Shown piece after piece: positions 38,293-50,883 of a DNA stretch of 64,000 nucleotides. The first letter of the stretch is position 1. The number at the start of each line of letters is the position of its first letter. Location of the stretch: NCBI GenBank assembly GCA_963575745.1, contig CAUYUJ010000183.1, positions 1 through 64,000 on the forward strand, in the 5' to 3' direction. The position numbers were made by a program, and so were the translations under genes. The notes beneath the pieces were generated by a model, which searched no databases, was not told the origin of the DNA, and saw only the letters and a list, made by a program, of their open reading frames with translations. This DNA is from Prorocentrum cordatum. Its lineage: Eukaryota.

Positions 38293-38343
38293 CTGAGCAA
38301 AAGATGCTTGAGCCCAAATGGCTTGAGCCAAAATGGCTACGGA
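38293..38343 (-). other. Three stacked spliced-leader copies upstream of atpC
   Basis: Minus strand: TCCGTAGCCATTTTGGCTCAAG (perfect, 38322-38343), CCATTTGGGCTCAAG (38307-38321), CATCTTTTGCTCAG (38293-38306). Confidence 0.95.
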
Positions 38344-38964
38344 GGAAGGGAGGAGGAGGAGGAGGAGGAGGAGGAGGAGGAGGAGGAGGAGGAGGAGGAG
38401 GAGGAGGAGGAGGAGGAGGAGGAGGAGGAGGAGGAAGGGAGGAGGGAGGATGAGAATGATGATGATGATGTTGATGATGAGGAGGAGGAGGAGGAGGGGA
38501 GGAGGAGGAGGAGGAGGAGGAGGAGGAGGAGGGGGAGGATAGGAGGAGGAGGAGGAGGAGGAGGAGGCGGAGGAGGAGGAGGAGGAGGAGATGAGGAGGA
38601 GGAGGAGGAGAGGAGGAGCGGGAGGAGAGGAGGAGAGGAGGAGGGGAGGAGGAGGAGGAGGAGGAGGAGGAGGAGGAGGAGGAGGAGGAGGAGGAGGAGG
38701 AGGAGGAGGAGGAGGAGGAGGAGGAGGAGGAGGAGGAGGAGGAGGAGGAGGAGAGGGAGGAGGGGGGGAAAGAGAGAGCGATCGAGAGAGGGGGGTCAGG
38801 CACGCGGCGGGTTCACGGGCGACGGAGGCACCACGGCTCAAGAGCACAGCGGAGGCACCACGGCAAGGCTGCGCGCCACCACGCGCGTGCGAGGCACGCC
38901 TGGGCAGCCGGCACGAAACCTGTTGTTGTGAGGAGCGTGCCGGGATAGGTGGCGGGGACGCATG

Positions 38965-40262
38965 TGAGCGCGGCCGCTGGGACCTTCGGTGGAGCTCCCT
39001 ATGGGGCCACGAAGCGTGTGAGGGGTGTGCCGAATTGGGTGTGCGGGACGCATGCGGGCGGCAGCCCTGGGGCCTTCGGTGGAGCTCCCTATGGGGCCAC
39101 GAAACGTGTGAGGGGTGTGCCGAATTGGGTTGCGTGACGCATGCGGGCGGTGGCGCTGGGCCTTCGGTGGAGCTCCCTATGGGGCCACGAAAGCGTGTGC
39201 GGGGTGTGCCGAATTGGGTGTGGCTGACGCATGCGGGCGGCAGCACTGGGGCCTTCGGTGGAGCTCCCTATGGGGCCACGAAGCGTGTAAGGGGTGTGCC
39301 GAATTGTGTGTGCGTGACGCATGCGGGCGGCAGCACTGGGGCCTTCGGCGGAGCTCCCTATGGGGCCACGAAGCGTGTGAGGGGTGTGCCGAATTGGGTG
39401 TGCGTGACGCATGCGGGCGGCAGCCCTGGGGCCTTCGGCGGAGCTTCCTATGGGGCCACGAAACGTGTGAGGGGTGTGCCGAAATGGGTGTGCGTGACGC
39501 ATGCGGGCGGCAGCACTGGGGCCTTCGGCGGAGCTCCCTATGGGGCCACGAAACGTTAGTGAGTGGTGTGGACCTGAATTGGTGTGGCGTGACGGCATGC
39601 GGGCGGCAGCCACTGGGGCCTTCGGCGGAGCTCCCTATGGGGGCCACGGAAACGTTGCTGCGGTGTTGTGCCGGAATCTGGCGTTGTGTGCGTGACGCAT
39701 GCCGGGCGGTGCAGCACCTGGGGACCTACGAAGGGCATACCTAAATGGGGCCACGAAACGTGTGAGGGGTGTGCCGAATTGGGTGTGCGTGACGCATGCG
39801 GGCGGCAGCACTGGGGCTTTCGGTGGGGCTCCCTATGGGGCCACGAAACGTGTGAGGGGTGTGCCGAATTGGGTGTGCGTGACGCATGCGGGCGGCAGCA
39901 CTGGGGCCTTCGGCGGAGCTTCCTATGGGGCCACGAAACGTGTGCGGGGTGTGCCGAATTGGGTGTGCGTGACGCATGCGGGCGGCAGCACTGGGGCCTT
40001 CGGCGGAGCTCCCATGGGGCCACGAAACGTGTGAGGGGTGTGCCGAACTGTGTGTGGGTGACGCATGCGGGCGGCAGCACTGAGGCCTTCGGCGGAGCTC
40101 CTATGGGGCCACGAAACGTGTGAGGGGTGTGCCGAATTGGGTGATCGCGTGACGCATGCGTGGGCGCGGCGGCGCATGGGGCCTTCGGTGGAGCTCCCTA
40201 TGGGGCCACGAAACGTGTGAGGGGTGTGCCGAATTGGGTGTGCGTGACGCATGCGAGCGGCA
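38965..40262 (+). repeat. 90-bp tandem satellite, ~14 copies
   Basis: Unit GGGGCCTTCGGYGGAGCTCCCTATGGGGCCACGAAACGTGTGAGGGGTGTGCCGAATTGGGTGTGCGTGACGCATGCGGGCGGCAGCACT; period 90 at 39241/39331/39421. Confidence 0.95.
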
Positions 40263-40601
40263 GCAAGGAGGCAGCGGGAGGAAGTAGAACGCGGGGCACC
40301 GTCTCTTCAAAACGAGGACCCAACACCACAGGATGGTTGGGAAAAAAATCGTCGGGATATCCGTTGTGAGCCTTCGGCCATGTCCGGCGGATTCTTTACA
40401 CGGCACGTTCTCGGAATGGTCGCATGCTCTCACATTCCCCAATCAGTGCTTGCACTGAAAGGGGTCCTAGCGAAAATTGAAAAATTTGGCGAAAATTTCC
40501 CGCCGATCTTGTTTCTGGGCCGATTCCGGTGGGCTCCCGCGTTCCCGGGTTCCCGGTCGATCTCTTTACCGATCCCACTTCGAAGCATCCACTGATGGGG
40601 T

Positions 40602-40788
40602 ACCCAGAGATGCGACGTCCTGATTTGTTCAGGACGGCGTCCCTGCAAGTCCCGACCCCTTCCCTGGGACCGGCTTTTCGTCCTGAGTTGCTTTTTCACG
40701 GTCCCGAGGCCCGGCGAGGGCCGCCCGGGGCCCAAAAAAGTAAAAAACCTCCCGTCCTGATTTTTTCACGACGCGATCATGTCTGGGT
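40602..40788 (-). mobile_element. MITE family A (~187 bp, TIR ACCCAGACATG)
   Basis: Ends ACCCAGAGATGCGACGTC / GACGCGATCATGTCTGGGT; homologous to 49675-49860, 50478-50664 and 58380-58557. Confidence 0.8.
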
Positions 40789-40789
40789 G

Positions 40790-40976
40790 CGGCAGGTTCG
40801 TGTCGCGTCGACCCCAGCGTTGGTTTTGACACCGCAGGGATCGTTCAACCTTGAACGATCGGCCGCTGCCGCAACGTCCGATCGTTCAACGTCGATCGAT
40901 TCTGGGTCGCCGGCGGCGTTCAACCTTGAACGCCCGCGCTGGGGTCGCCGCTGGTCGACACGACGCAAACCTACCG
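40790..40976. mobile_element. MITE family B, second copy
   Basis: Near-identical to 23986-24173; flanked by TG / TA. Confidence 0.85.
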
Positions 40977-41898
40977 TAATGTTTTCGTATCGTTCGTTCC
41001 CTCTGGCCTCCGCCAATCCGCCCCCCCCCCCCAGCCCCACGGCAAGCTGCGGGCTTACGGCGGGGTGCCCCCTCCTTGCTTCTATAGGGGCTGGGGTCGT
41101 CCTCCTTTCACACTCCCCCTCCGGCTAATACCTCTTCTCCTGCTCCGTCCTTTTCCTCCTCCTCCTCCTCCTCCTCATACCTCCTCCTCCTCCTCCGCCT
41201 CCTCCTTCTAATGCTATACACTCTTCCTACCTCCTCCGCCGCATAATGATACTGCTCTGTCCTCCGTACTCATCCTACTCCCGCATCCTCCTCCTCCACC
41301 TCCTCTCCGGCTCATCCTCCTCCTCCTCATTCTCCTTTCTTTTCATCTTCCTTTTCCTCCTCCTCCTCCTCCTCGTTCTCCTCTTCCTTCTCCTCCTCCT
41401 CCTCCTGCTCCTCCTTCACCTCCTCCTCCTCCTTCTCCTCCTCCTCCTGCTCGTCCTTCTCCATCCTGCTCCTCCTTAACCTCCTCCTCCTTCTCCTCCT
41501 CCTCCTCCTCCTGCTCGTCCTCCTCCATCCTCCTCCATCCTGTCCCACAGGCCTTGTGAATCATCCGATCCTCTGCTGGTCATCTGTTTGGCACGATGGA
41601 TGGCGGAATGCGGTGTCCAACCCGACCATGGTCTTCCTCCCTCGTTCCCCTCCTTTCCACATTCAAGGTCACCTCCAATCTCTGTTCAATTTCGCTATTC
41701 TGCTCATCTATTCATCCCCTCCTCCCCCAAAACGACTGCATGGGAAACACTGTCGCCTTACCACCACGTTCCCTTGCCCCTGCGTCTGCCCTTTTTCCCA
41801 CTCCTCATGTTTTGTTTCGGTTCCCACCTGTACCCGGCTCCCGGAATATTCCGCCGTACATGTCCACACGGAGAGATACACATTCACAATTATATGAC

Positions 41899-41930
<32 letters not shown>

Positions 41931-42149
41931 CGGAGGTGAGGGGGTGAGATCGAAGTGGAACGGAGAGCCCCCCTCTCGGGAAATCGGTTTCGGTTTCGTG
42001 TTCGTGCGCGCCGTGCGTGCGGCCGGCGAGGCGAAGCTGCGTGGGCGGGAGAGAAGAAAGTATTCTCTGGCTGAGGAGCGGCCGGACCAAATGATTCCTT
42101 TCCGGGGGCCGGTGGCCCGCGGTGTCCCGCCAGTGTCCCGTCGGTGTCC

Positions 42150-42174
42150 CGATGATGATAATGATGATGATGAA

Positions 42175-42226
<52 letters not shown>

Positions 42227-42423
42227 TCGATGATGTTGATGATGATGGTGATGGTGGTGATGATGATGGTGTCCAGATGATGCTGATGATGATGATGAAG
42301 ATGATGAAGATGTTCACGATGTTGATGATGATGATGACGGTGATGGTGATGGTGGTGATGATGATGGTGTCCCGATGCCGATGATATTGATGATGATGTT
42401 GCTGATGATGATGATGTTGTCCC

Positions 42424-42462
<39 letters not shown>

Positions 42463-42885
42463 CATGATGGTGTTCATGATGATGAGATGATGATGAGGTG
42501 ACGATGATGATGAAGATGATGATGATGGTGTTCCGATTATGCTGATGAGGTTGATGATGATGCTGTTGATGATGGTGATGATGATGATGGTGTTCCGATG
42601 ATGATGATGCTGCTGATGATGATGCAGACGATGATGGTGTCCCGATGCTGATGATGCTGATGGTGAGTATGATGATCAGGTGGTAATGCTGATTTTGCTG
42701 ATGATGACCCGATGATGGTGATGATGATGCTGATGTTGATGATGATGGTGTCCCGATGATGATGGTGATGGTGATGGTGACGATGATGATGGTGCCCCGA
42801 TGATAATGATGATGAAAAAACGATGTTGCTGATGATGATGATGATGAAGATGATGTTGATGATGTTGTTCATGATGATGATGATA

Positions 42886-42916
<31 letters not shown>

Positions 42917-43380
42917 CGATGAGATGATTATTATGGTGATGGTGGTGTTCCGACGATGATGGTGTCCCGATGATGATGATGTTGATGATGGTGACGATGA
43001 TGGTGTCCCGATGATGATGATGATGGTGATGATGATGTTGATGATGATGGTGATGAGGTGATGCTGATGGTGTCCCGATGATGATGATGTTGATGACGCT
43101 GATGACGATGATGATGATGATGATGATTTTGATGATGACGTTAATTGTGAGATCGGTTGAGATATCGATAGTGAGACCGAATGTGAGATCGATTGTGGGA
43201 TCGATAGTGAGATCGATAGTGAGATCGTCTGTGAGATCGATAATCAGATCGATTGTGAGATCGATCGAATGAACTAGATCGAGTGAGATCGATTGTGAGA
43301 TCGATCGAGTGAGATCGATCGAGCGAGACCGATAGTGAGATCGATAGTGAGATCGATCGTGAGACCGATCGAGTGAGACG
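42150..43380. repeat. Degenerate (GAT)n microsatellite followed by GTGAGATCGAT-type 12-mer repeats
   Basis: Direct reading. Confidence 0.9.
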
Positions 43381-44157
43381 TTGGTTCCTCCCCCCGAACC
43401 TCCTTATCACCCGAAGGGTGGCCGTATGGGTACATCTATATAATGATATGTATGCATGCGTGTATACCTGTAAGCACCATTTCTCAAGTTTAACGTACCC
43501 TTTGGTAATTTCTGCGCACCTGGCATGCCGCCTCCCCTGACGCTCTGGTCATCTGCCGCCCTGACTCTCTGACTCTCGCTCTCTCTCTCTCCCTCTTTGT
43601 CTCTCTCTTGGTCTGCCATCGTCCTCCCAATCCTGATCCTGCGGCTGCTCGTCCTCCAGCTCTCCCCCCCTAGGGAGCCGCCAGAGACCTGCGGGAACCT
43701 CCAGAAACTCTCCGAGGACCTCCAGTCACCCAGACACCCCAAACCTTGAGGAATCGCAGCAGGACGACTTCCTCCGAGGGAGACGTCCTCCGAGAACCTC
43801 CGAGGGCCCATCCGAGGAAGACGACGACGACAGCGCAGACGCAGGCAAGGACGACGGCGAGGACGAGAACGGGGACGACGACGGTGACGACGACGACGAG
43901 GACGACGGCGGCGAGGGCAACGGCGGCGAGAGCGACGCCGGGATCCACGAGAACGGCGACGAGCACAGCGAGCCCGAGGGCAGGTGCACGCCACGAGGAC
44001 CACGACGCGGAGGACCACGACGCAGCCGCGAGGCACCCCGCGGGCGCCGCCTCGCGCGGGGCCGGGGCACTCGTCCCTGATCTACGGCCTCGCGGCCAGG
44101 GACTCCTGATGGGGGCACTGTTACAGGCGCGGGGGGGGCGGGAAGCAGCTCACCGGG

Positions 44158-44222
44158 GTGGTGGGTGGTGGTGGTGGTGGTGGTGGTGGTGGTGGTGGTG
44201 GTGGTGGTGGTGGTGGTGGTGC

Positions 44223-44285
<63 letters not shown>

Positions 44286-44452
44286 TGGGTGCGTGGTGGT
44301 GGTGGTGGTGGTGGTGGTGGTGGTGGTGGTGGTGGTGGTGGTGGTGGTGTCGGTGGTGGTGGTGGTGGTGGTGGTGGTGGTGGTGGTGGTGGTGGTGGTG
44401 GTGGTGGTGGTGGTGGTGGTGGTGGTGGTGGTGGTGGTGGTGGTGGTGGTGG
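44158..44452. repeat. Compound (GGT)n-(GCGT)n-(GGT)n microsatellite
   Basis: Direct reading. Confidence 0.95.
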
Positions 44453-45287
44453 CTCGGGTAAGCAGTGGGTGGGGCCGCGGGCACGGCCCCTTCAGCGACA
44501 CCTCCCACTCGGGAATGGCTGGGGGTTAGGTGGCTCACCACCTGTCGGGGGGGTCTAATGCCGCAGCGTCACGGCGCCACTCGATCCGAGAGGCCACCCG
44601 GGCGAGGGGGACGAAGGGATCCCTCCAGAAGGGCCCCAGGGGACCCCCGTGCCGGGCGGACACCAGCAACACAGGGGGAGGCCATCGACCCAGAGTCGGC
44701 GATACGTCGGCGACAGGTCGGGCAGGTCATGGAGCTCCCGCAGGCCCCTGAAGGCCACTTGGGGACGAGAGGCTGCCGTGGGGCACCTGCTGGCAGGCAA
44801 GGTTCGCGCTTGAGGTGCCTGCTGCATCGGCGATCCATGGGCGATTGCGAGTGCATGCAGCTCCCCCCCTGGGCCGACGGTCTGAAATTTTAGCTTCGCG
44901 TATCGCGGCGGCGGTCCCAGCGACACGCCACGCCCTGGGAGGTGATGGATCGGGTGTCGCCCCGCTCCGCGGGGCGGGAGGCTGGAAGAGGCTCGGGAAG
45001 TTGACGCTGGGGGTCTGGGACGTGGTCAGCGCCTCGCGCCGAAGCATGGTGGGCCAGCACTGGCGGAGCGACCATCCCTACCTTTCGCACTGCACGGCGA
45101 CCGTGCAGGCTCGGCGAGCCATGGGCGGCTGGGAGCCCACGCGCCGACCCCCCTCCCCCCGGAGAGCATGCGGCAACTTCGCGGCGTGACGACGCCACCT
45201 CGGCGGTGGTCTCTGACGCCGCGTGGGCCGCTCGCCCTGAGACGATCGGCGGCGTCTGCCTCGCAGGCTGGTGCCATAGTGGCCGAT

Positions 45288-45437
45288 GGGGGGCCACACG
45301 CGAACCCTACCCCTACCCCCCACGACTTCTGAGGGGGGAGGGCGGGGTTCACTTCGCTCGGGAGAGCTCCCGAGCGAAGTGACCCCCCCCCCCTCAGAAA
45401 CCGTGGGGGGTAGGGGGAGGCTTCGCGTGTGGCCCCC
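45288..45437. mobile_element. ~150-bp near-perfect hairpin (foldback MITE-like)
   Basis: Outer arms GGGGGCCACACGCGAA; central perfect 16-bp stem TCACTTCGCTCGGGAG-AG-CTCCCGAGCGAAGTGA. Confidence 0.75.
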
Positions 45438-46494
45438 TAGCCGACTCTGGGCCACGGGGCGGCGCTGCACCTCGGAGCGCCCGGCGCGCGGCTCGTCGCC
45501 GCACCGACCCGGCACGCAGCTGCCGTAATTACCCAGGCCTGCGCCGTCCTGCTGCTTGCAGCACGGCGCCCCTGGCAGTCCCGACCCGTTCCCCGGGACC
45601 GGTTGCTCGTCCGGAGTCGTCTTGTTGACGGCCTCGCGAGGCCCGGCGAGGGCCCCCCCGGGGGCCGACAGTGGGTCAGAGCCTTCCTTGCTGATGTTTG
45701 GTTTTACGACGCGACCACGGCTGGTCCCCCCCCCCCCCGGCGCTGCCCCCCGATCCTCGGCCGCGCCCCCCGAGGCCGCGCCCGCGGCGTCGGGCCTGCG
45801 GGCCGGGCGTCTCGGAAGCGCCTCGGGCGCGAACCCCCCCGGGGGCGAGGAGGCTCGTCGCCTCGGGAGCTCTCCGTGTGGCCTCCGCCGCCTCTCTCGG
45901 GGAGGGGGCCCCTGGCGCCGCGGGGCTTTCTCTCGGAGGCCCCCGCCGCTACGGCCGGACGCGGCCAGCTGGGCGCGCGGAGGGCGCCTCGGCAGTTCTG
46001 TGCTCGGGCGCTCCCCCCGTGGCGAGGAGGCTCGTCGCCTCGGAGGCTCCCCGCGAGCGTCGTCATGGGGGAGGGGGCCCTCGATGGGGCCTTCGGAGGC
46101 CCTCGCCGCCACCTCCGGAGGCGACTCGGGGAACCTGCCAGGCGAGCGTCTTGTATGCAGCGTCTCGACACTGGGCGGAACGGGGGGGGGGAAGGGGGGC
46201 GTCTGGCTCTGGACCTCTGCTGAACGCGACTGTTTGCAGCAGTGCGTCGCCATGGGGGAGACTCCACCTGCTCGAAACAGGCGGCAAAAACAGCCGAGAT
46301 CACTTCACGGGGGGTGGGGGAGGGGGGGTGCGAGGGCCCGCGCCGATCGGCAAACGAATGAATAAAAAAACGCTCACCAGGATGGATCCCGGGAGGTGGC
46401 TGGGCACTGACTTCCAGCGGGCACTGCCCACGCGTCCCAAACATCCGACGCATTGTCGTTCCATGCGTGGCTCTCCAGAGGCAGGAGAGCCCAG

Positions 46495-46830
46495 AACTGA
46501 ATCGATAAGTCGGATCGACGATCGAAATTAATCGGATCAGCGGAAGTCGGCAGCCGAATCGGGAAAAGTCGAATCGGCGGAAATCGGCAGGCTAATATGC
46601 CTCCATTCAAAAGTCGGGAAATCTGAATTCCAAGTCGAATCGAATCGGAATCGGAAAGCCATCGAAGTCGAATCGAATCAAGTCGAAGGAATCGGCAGGA
46701 GAGCCCAAAATCGAATCGATAAGTCGGATCGGCAATCGAAATGAATCGGATCGGCGGAGATCGGCAGCCGAGTCGGGAGAAGTCGAGTCGGCAGAAGTCG
46801 GCAGGCTGGTGGGCCTCAGTTGAGAAGTCG
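46495..46830 (+). repeat. Dispersed AATCG-rich repeat (also 2900-3000, 24785-24995, 47010-47090)
   Basis: Shared core GATCGAAAT.AATCGGATCGGCGGARATCGGCAGCCGAGTCGGGAGAAGTCGAATCGGC. Confidence 0.75.
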
Positions 46831-47239
46831 GAGCCCTGGGGAGACCGAAAGGTACCGATGCCGCTACTTCCCGGAGCTCTCCTGGGGTGCGCTCTGAACA
46901 AGATGTCGAGGCGAATCCAGCGGTGGCGACGAGGACCTCCCAGGAGGCCCAAAAAGAGGAAAACGAGGGCAGGGTAGAGGTATGGGTACCTGTTCCTCCT
47001 CCGAAGCCCGAATCGGGATCCCAAGTCGAATCGGAATCGGAAACGGAAGCCGTCGAGATCGGATCGGATCGGAGCGGAGAAATCGACACGGGGCCTGCCC
47101 GCGGGGCTCGACTGCCCTCGCGCCGCACACGGGCGCGCCGCTGGGGAGGAGAGCGCCCCGACCCGTCCGCCCGAGGCCGCAGCGCGCCGAAGCGCAGTTC
47201 TTGCGGGGGCCCAGAGACAAGCACACATCAAAAGACACA

Positions 47240-47342
<103 letters not shown>

Positions 47343-47861
47343 CCCCTTCAGTGTCGCCGGCACCGACCGTACGGCCTTCCCAACCAGTCCCCAGATCACC
47401 CTTGGAGTCCACACGCGCCAATTCTTCGAGCTGCGACCAGCCGTGGCGACGAGGGCCCCGCCGAAGGTCAGCTGCTGTTGCCTCCACTAGCTCTCGCCCG
47501 AGCAGATGTGGCGCAGGAGCAGAAGGAGGAGGAGGAGGAGGAGCAGGAAAGAGGAGGAGGAGGAGGAGGCGAAGGAGGCGGCGGGAGCGGCAATATGCCT
47601 GCGACGACGACGGCGACGGCGGTTGAGCAGGGACCGACTGTCCCAACACCCCTATAGGCCTACCACGAAATGTTCTTGGAACCAGAGAACGCTCGAACGA
47701 CAAAACCAACGCTCTCAGAACAGCAAGCCAGCATGTGAGAACAAGGCGGCCTCAGGCGGAACTGATCTGGGAACACTCCGCGCAGACCATAAGAGGATAT
47801 GACCCCAGACATGCGACGTCCTGATTGTTTTCAGGACGGCGTCCCTGCTTCGGCAACTTGC

Positions 47862-47961
47862 NNNNNNNNNNNNNNNNNNNNNNNNNNNNNNNNNNNNNNN
47901 NNNNNNNNNNNNNNNNNNNNNNNNNNNNNNNNNNNNNNNNNNNNNNNNNNNNNNNNNNNNN
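47862..47961. other. Assembly gap (100 N)
   Basis: Run of N. Confidence 1.
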
Positions 47962-49674
47962 CATCTAGGATCGGATCGACTCGGCATTGTGCGCTCGTTC
48001 AGGGCATGAGCAACCAACATCACGAAGACACGCTTGCTGGCAGGTGAGGACAGATGCGGTCGAATGAAGGCGAAGGGAGGGTGAAGGCCGTAGAATTACA
48101 GGATTCTGGGTTGGCCTGGCGCACGCCCGCGCAGGGGCGCGGGGTCCAGGCAGAAGGGACCAGTGCGGCCCACGACTCTGACGACGGCGGGGACGACGGA
48201 GGACGACGGCGAGGACGACAGGAGGAATGAAAGGGAGGAGGGGGGAGGAGGCGAGAGGGAGGGGGGGAGGGGGGGGGGAGGGCGAGGGCTGAAGGGAGGA
48301 GGAGGGAGGGAGGGGATGGTGGTTTAGTTATAGGAGAGGCATTGGGATAGGTAGGAAAGGGGAGGGAAGGAGGACAGGAAGGAGGAGGGAGGAGGAGTGA
48401 GGAGGAGGGGGAGGGGGAAAGGAAAGGGGGAATGGGGGGCGCCTCGCCGTCCTTCGGCTTCTCTTCCTCCACCTCTCCCTGGGGTCGGCTGGCCGCTGGC
48501 CGACGGGCCCAGGAGAGTGGCCCGAGGAGCCCAACAGGCAGACCGTCCCGAGCATGAGAAGAGAGGCCCCCGCCTCCTCCTCCTCCTCCTCGTCCTCCTC
48601 CTCCTCCTCCTCCTCGTCCTCCTCCTCCTCCTCCTCCTCCTCCTCCCTCCTGCCATAGCTCCCTCCTCTTGCTTGTCATCGTCCTCACTCCTCCACCTCC
48701 ACCTCCGCCTCCACCTCCTCCACCTCCTTCCCCTCCTCCTTTTTCCGTCAGGCAAGCATCAGCGGCGGGGCTGCTGCGTTCCAGCCTCCTCCTCCTTCTT
48801 TTTCTTCCTCCTTTTCCTCCTCTTCCTCCTCCCCTTCCCTCGCCAACCTGCGTCCCTCGCGAACCCTCCTCAGACACCTCATTTTCCATCATCTCTTCCT
48901 CCTCCCCCCCCCTCCCCGCCCCCCCATCATCTCCTCCTCCTCCTCCTCCTCCTCCTCCTCCTCCTCCTCCTCCTCCTCCTCCTCCTCCTCGTCCTCCTCG
49001 TCCTCCCCCGCCCCTCTCTGGGGAGGCGCTAGGCAGGGTTGGGGAGAGGCACGGCCAGAACCGACGCGGGTTTTTGTTGTTGCTCCAGCATTTCCGGAGG
49101 ATCTGCTTGCCTGTCTCGTTGGCCCTCCGCGCCTCCTGTGCCCGCCACTGCGTCCCAGTGACTGACCGCTGCTTGGAAACTGATCGCCGCCAACGAAACA
49201 TGACTGTCGTGTTGCCCCCTCTGGCCGTTCCCGGGCTCCCCCGCTCGCGCGCGGCCCGAACCTAGAAGACCAACAGATCTACGGACACACGTGAGCATGA
49301 TTTGTTGGAGGTCCGCGCAGACGTCCTGGGGTCCGCGCTACGGTCGGGAACTTGGCGTTCGGTCGGGCATGCCCCACACAGGTGGATGTTCGACGAAGCA
49401 TCCAGAGAACGGTCAAAAAAAAACAAAACAGTCAAAACGTGGTCGAACATCGTCCCCACATTTGTTGTTGCCTATGTTTTTGAATTTTCCAAAATAGAGG
49501 GACAGGCCCGACTTAAACCTCGCGTGCCGCGGCGGCGGCCCTGGCAGCACGCCACCCCTTGCGGGTCGCCCCGCCCCGCGGGGCTGGAGGCCGGGAAGGG
49601 CTCGGGGCGTCGACGCTGAGAACCTGAAAGTGGACGGAGCGCGTCGCGCCGAAGCCGCGTGGGCAAGAACCGGC

Positions 49675-49860
49675 CTCAGACATGCTCGCGTCGTAAAAGA
49701 AATCAAGACGGAAGGTTTTTGACAATTTTCGGCCCCGGGGGGCCCTCGCCGGGCCTCGGGACCGTCTAAAACGACTCAGGGCGAAACACCAGTCCTGGGG
49801 AAAGGGTGGGGACTTCCAGGGGCGCCGTCCTGAAAAGCTCAGGACGTCGCATGTCTGGGT
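49675..49860 (+). mobile_element. MITE family A copy
   Basis: CTCAGACATGCTCGCGTCG...AGGACGTCGCATGTCTGGGT. Confidence 0.8.
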
Positions 49861-50477
49861 CCACAAATCCTTAAGAGCTCACGACGTACGGCGGGGGCGT
49901 TGGACAAGGAAACCTTGGATAAGGAATCCAGAGTCTGGAACTGGAAGCACTCGGAAACTCCATTGCGGATCGGCAGTGGGCATCGCCGCCGCCCTCATCA
50001 GATAAGAAATTCCTCAAGGTCTGAAGCCTCCTGGGCACATTCCGTAAGCAATACCCCCACCGTATGAGTTCTTCCGAGTCTTGGAGGGTACAGACAGACA
50101 GACAGACACTCAATGTCGGGCAGCGCCCGGCCCTGCCCCTGCGCGGGGCCTGGGCGGATGGCACCGCAGTGCCTCGGGTGGACTCGTGCACGAAACCGCC
50201 CTCAAGCGGCTCGTCCACAACTCCGTATTGCAAGCGTGTGTAATCCAGACCCCGTCAGGGGCGTCACAACCTGCAGCACGCAAAAAAATACCAAATCGTC
50301 AGCCCAGCGTTGTCGAGGTCTCCCGGGCAGCCTCGCGCCTGCGGGCGTCCGGCTCCTCCGGCGGAGAGGAGTGGCTCGCCACAACGGACTCCCAACAGCG
50401 GAGGAGGCGCGTCGTCGCTGCCAGCGCTCCCCCCTCCCGAGCGCATTCCGCGGTCCGCGAGAAGCGCGGTCCCCATG

Positions 50478-50664
50478 CAGACATGATCGCGTCGTAGACA
50501 AAAATCAGGACGGGAGGTGTTCGGCTATTTTCGGCCCCGGGGGGCCCTCGCCGGGCCTCGCGGGACCGTCAAAAACGACTCGGGACGACAACCCGGTCCC
50601 GGGGAAAGGGTTGGGACTTCCAGGGGCGCCGTCCTGAAAAGATCAGGACGTCGCATGTCTGGGT
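50478..50664 (+). mobile_element. MITE family A copy, 15 bp upstream of the LINE target site
   Basis: CAGACATGATCGCGTCG...AGGACGTCGCATGTCTGGGT. Confidence 0.8.
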
Positions 50665-50679
50665 CCCTCTCCTGCACCT

Positions 50680-50696
50680 CCCGGCAAGGGGAAGTC
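50680..50696 (+). repeat. 5' target-site duplication of the SL-capped LINE
   Basis: CCCGGCAAGGGGAAGTC versus CCCGGCAAGGGAAAGTC at 57785-57801 (16/17); the last two nt overlap the SL. Confidence 0.9.
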
Positions 50697-50716
50697 CGTA
50701 GCCATTTTGGCTCAAG
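50695..50716 (+). other. Perfect DinoSL at the 5' end of the retroelement
   Basis: TCCGTAGCCATTTTGGCTCAAG, 22/22 match. Confidence 0.97.
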
Positions 50717-50883
50717 GTTTTGGTTTCCCCTGGGAACAAAGTGGATACCGCTAGTCCGCGGCCAGCTTTCATCCTTCGCCTGGTTCGCCCCAGGCAGAGC
50801 GGTGCGTGGTCCGCCCCACGCATCGCAGCTTGCGGCACGGCCTCCCAGCACAGGAGCCCGTGGCCCAGTCTCCTGCGAGCGCC

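Noticed and set aside
38244..38300. ORF-track start of atpC at 38300
   Set aside because: Non-ATG start inside the SL relics; the ATG at 38243 begins a proper signal peptide.
36876..38453. 525-aa plus-strand ORF
   Set aside because: Antisense shadow of the GC3-rich atpC coding sequence.
38965..40262. CRISPR-like appearance of regular arrays (also 12795-13730 and 61170-62337)
   Set aside because: Whole units are homologous with no unique spacers and no cas genes; eukaryotic context.
49870..50080. Possible small host exon (similar candidates at 6390-6610, 8770-9170 and 16980-17090)
   Set aside because: No recognisable homology or confident splice pairing; dinoflagellate micro-exons cannot be called without transcripts.
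50695..50780. SL RNA gene interpretation (SL followed by GT)
   Set aside because: GT follows the exon sequence, but the SL is fused to a retroelement 5' UTR and bounded by the element's TSD. There is no tandem SL or 5S context. Not formally excluded without aligning to the SL RNA intron.
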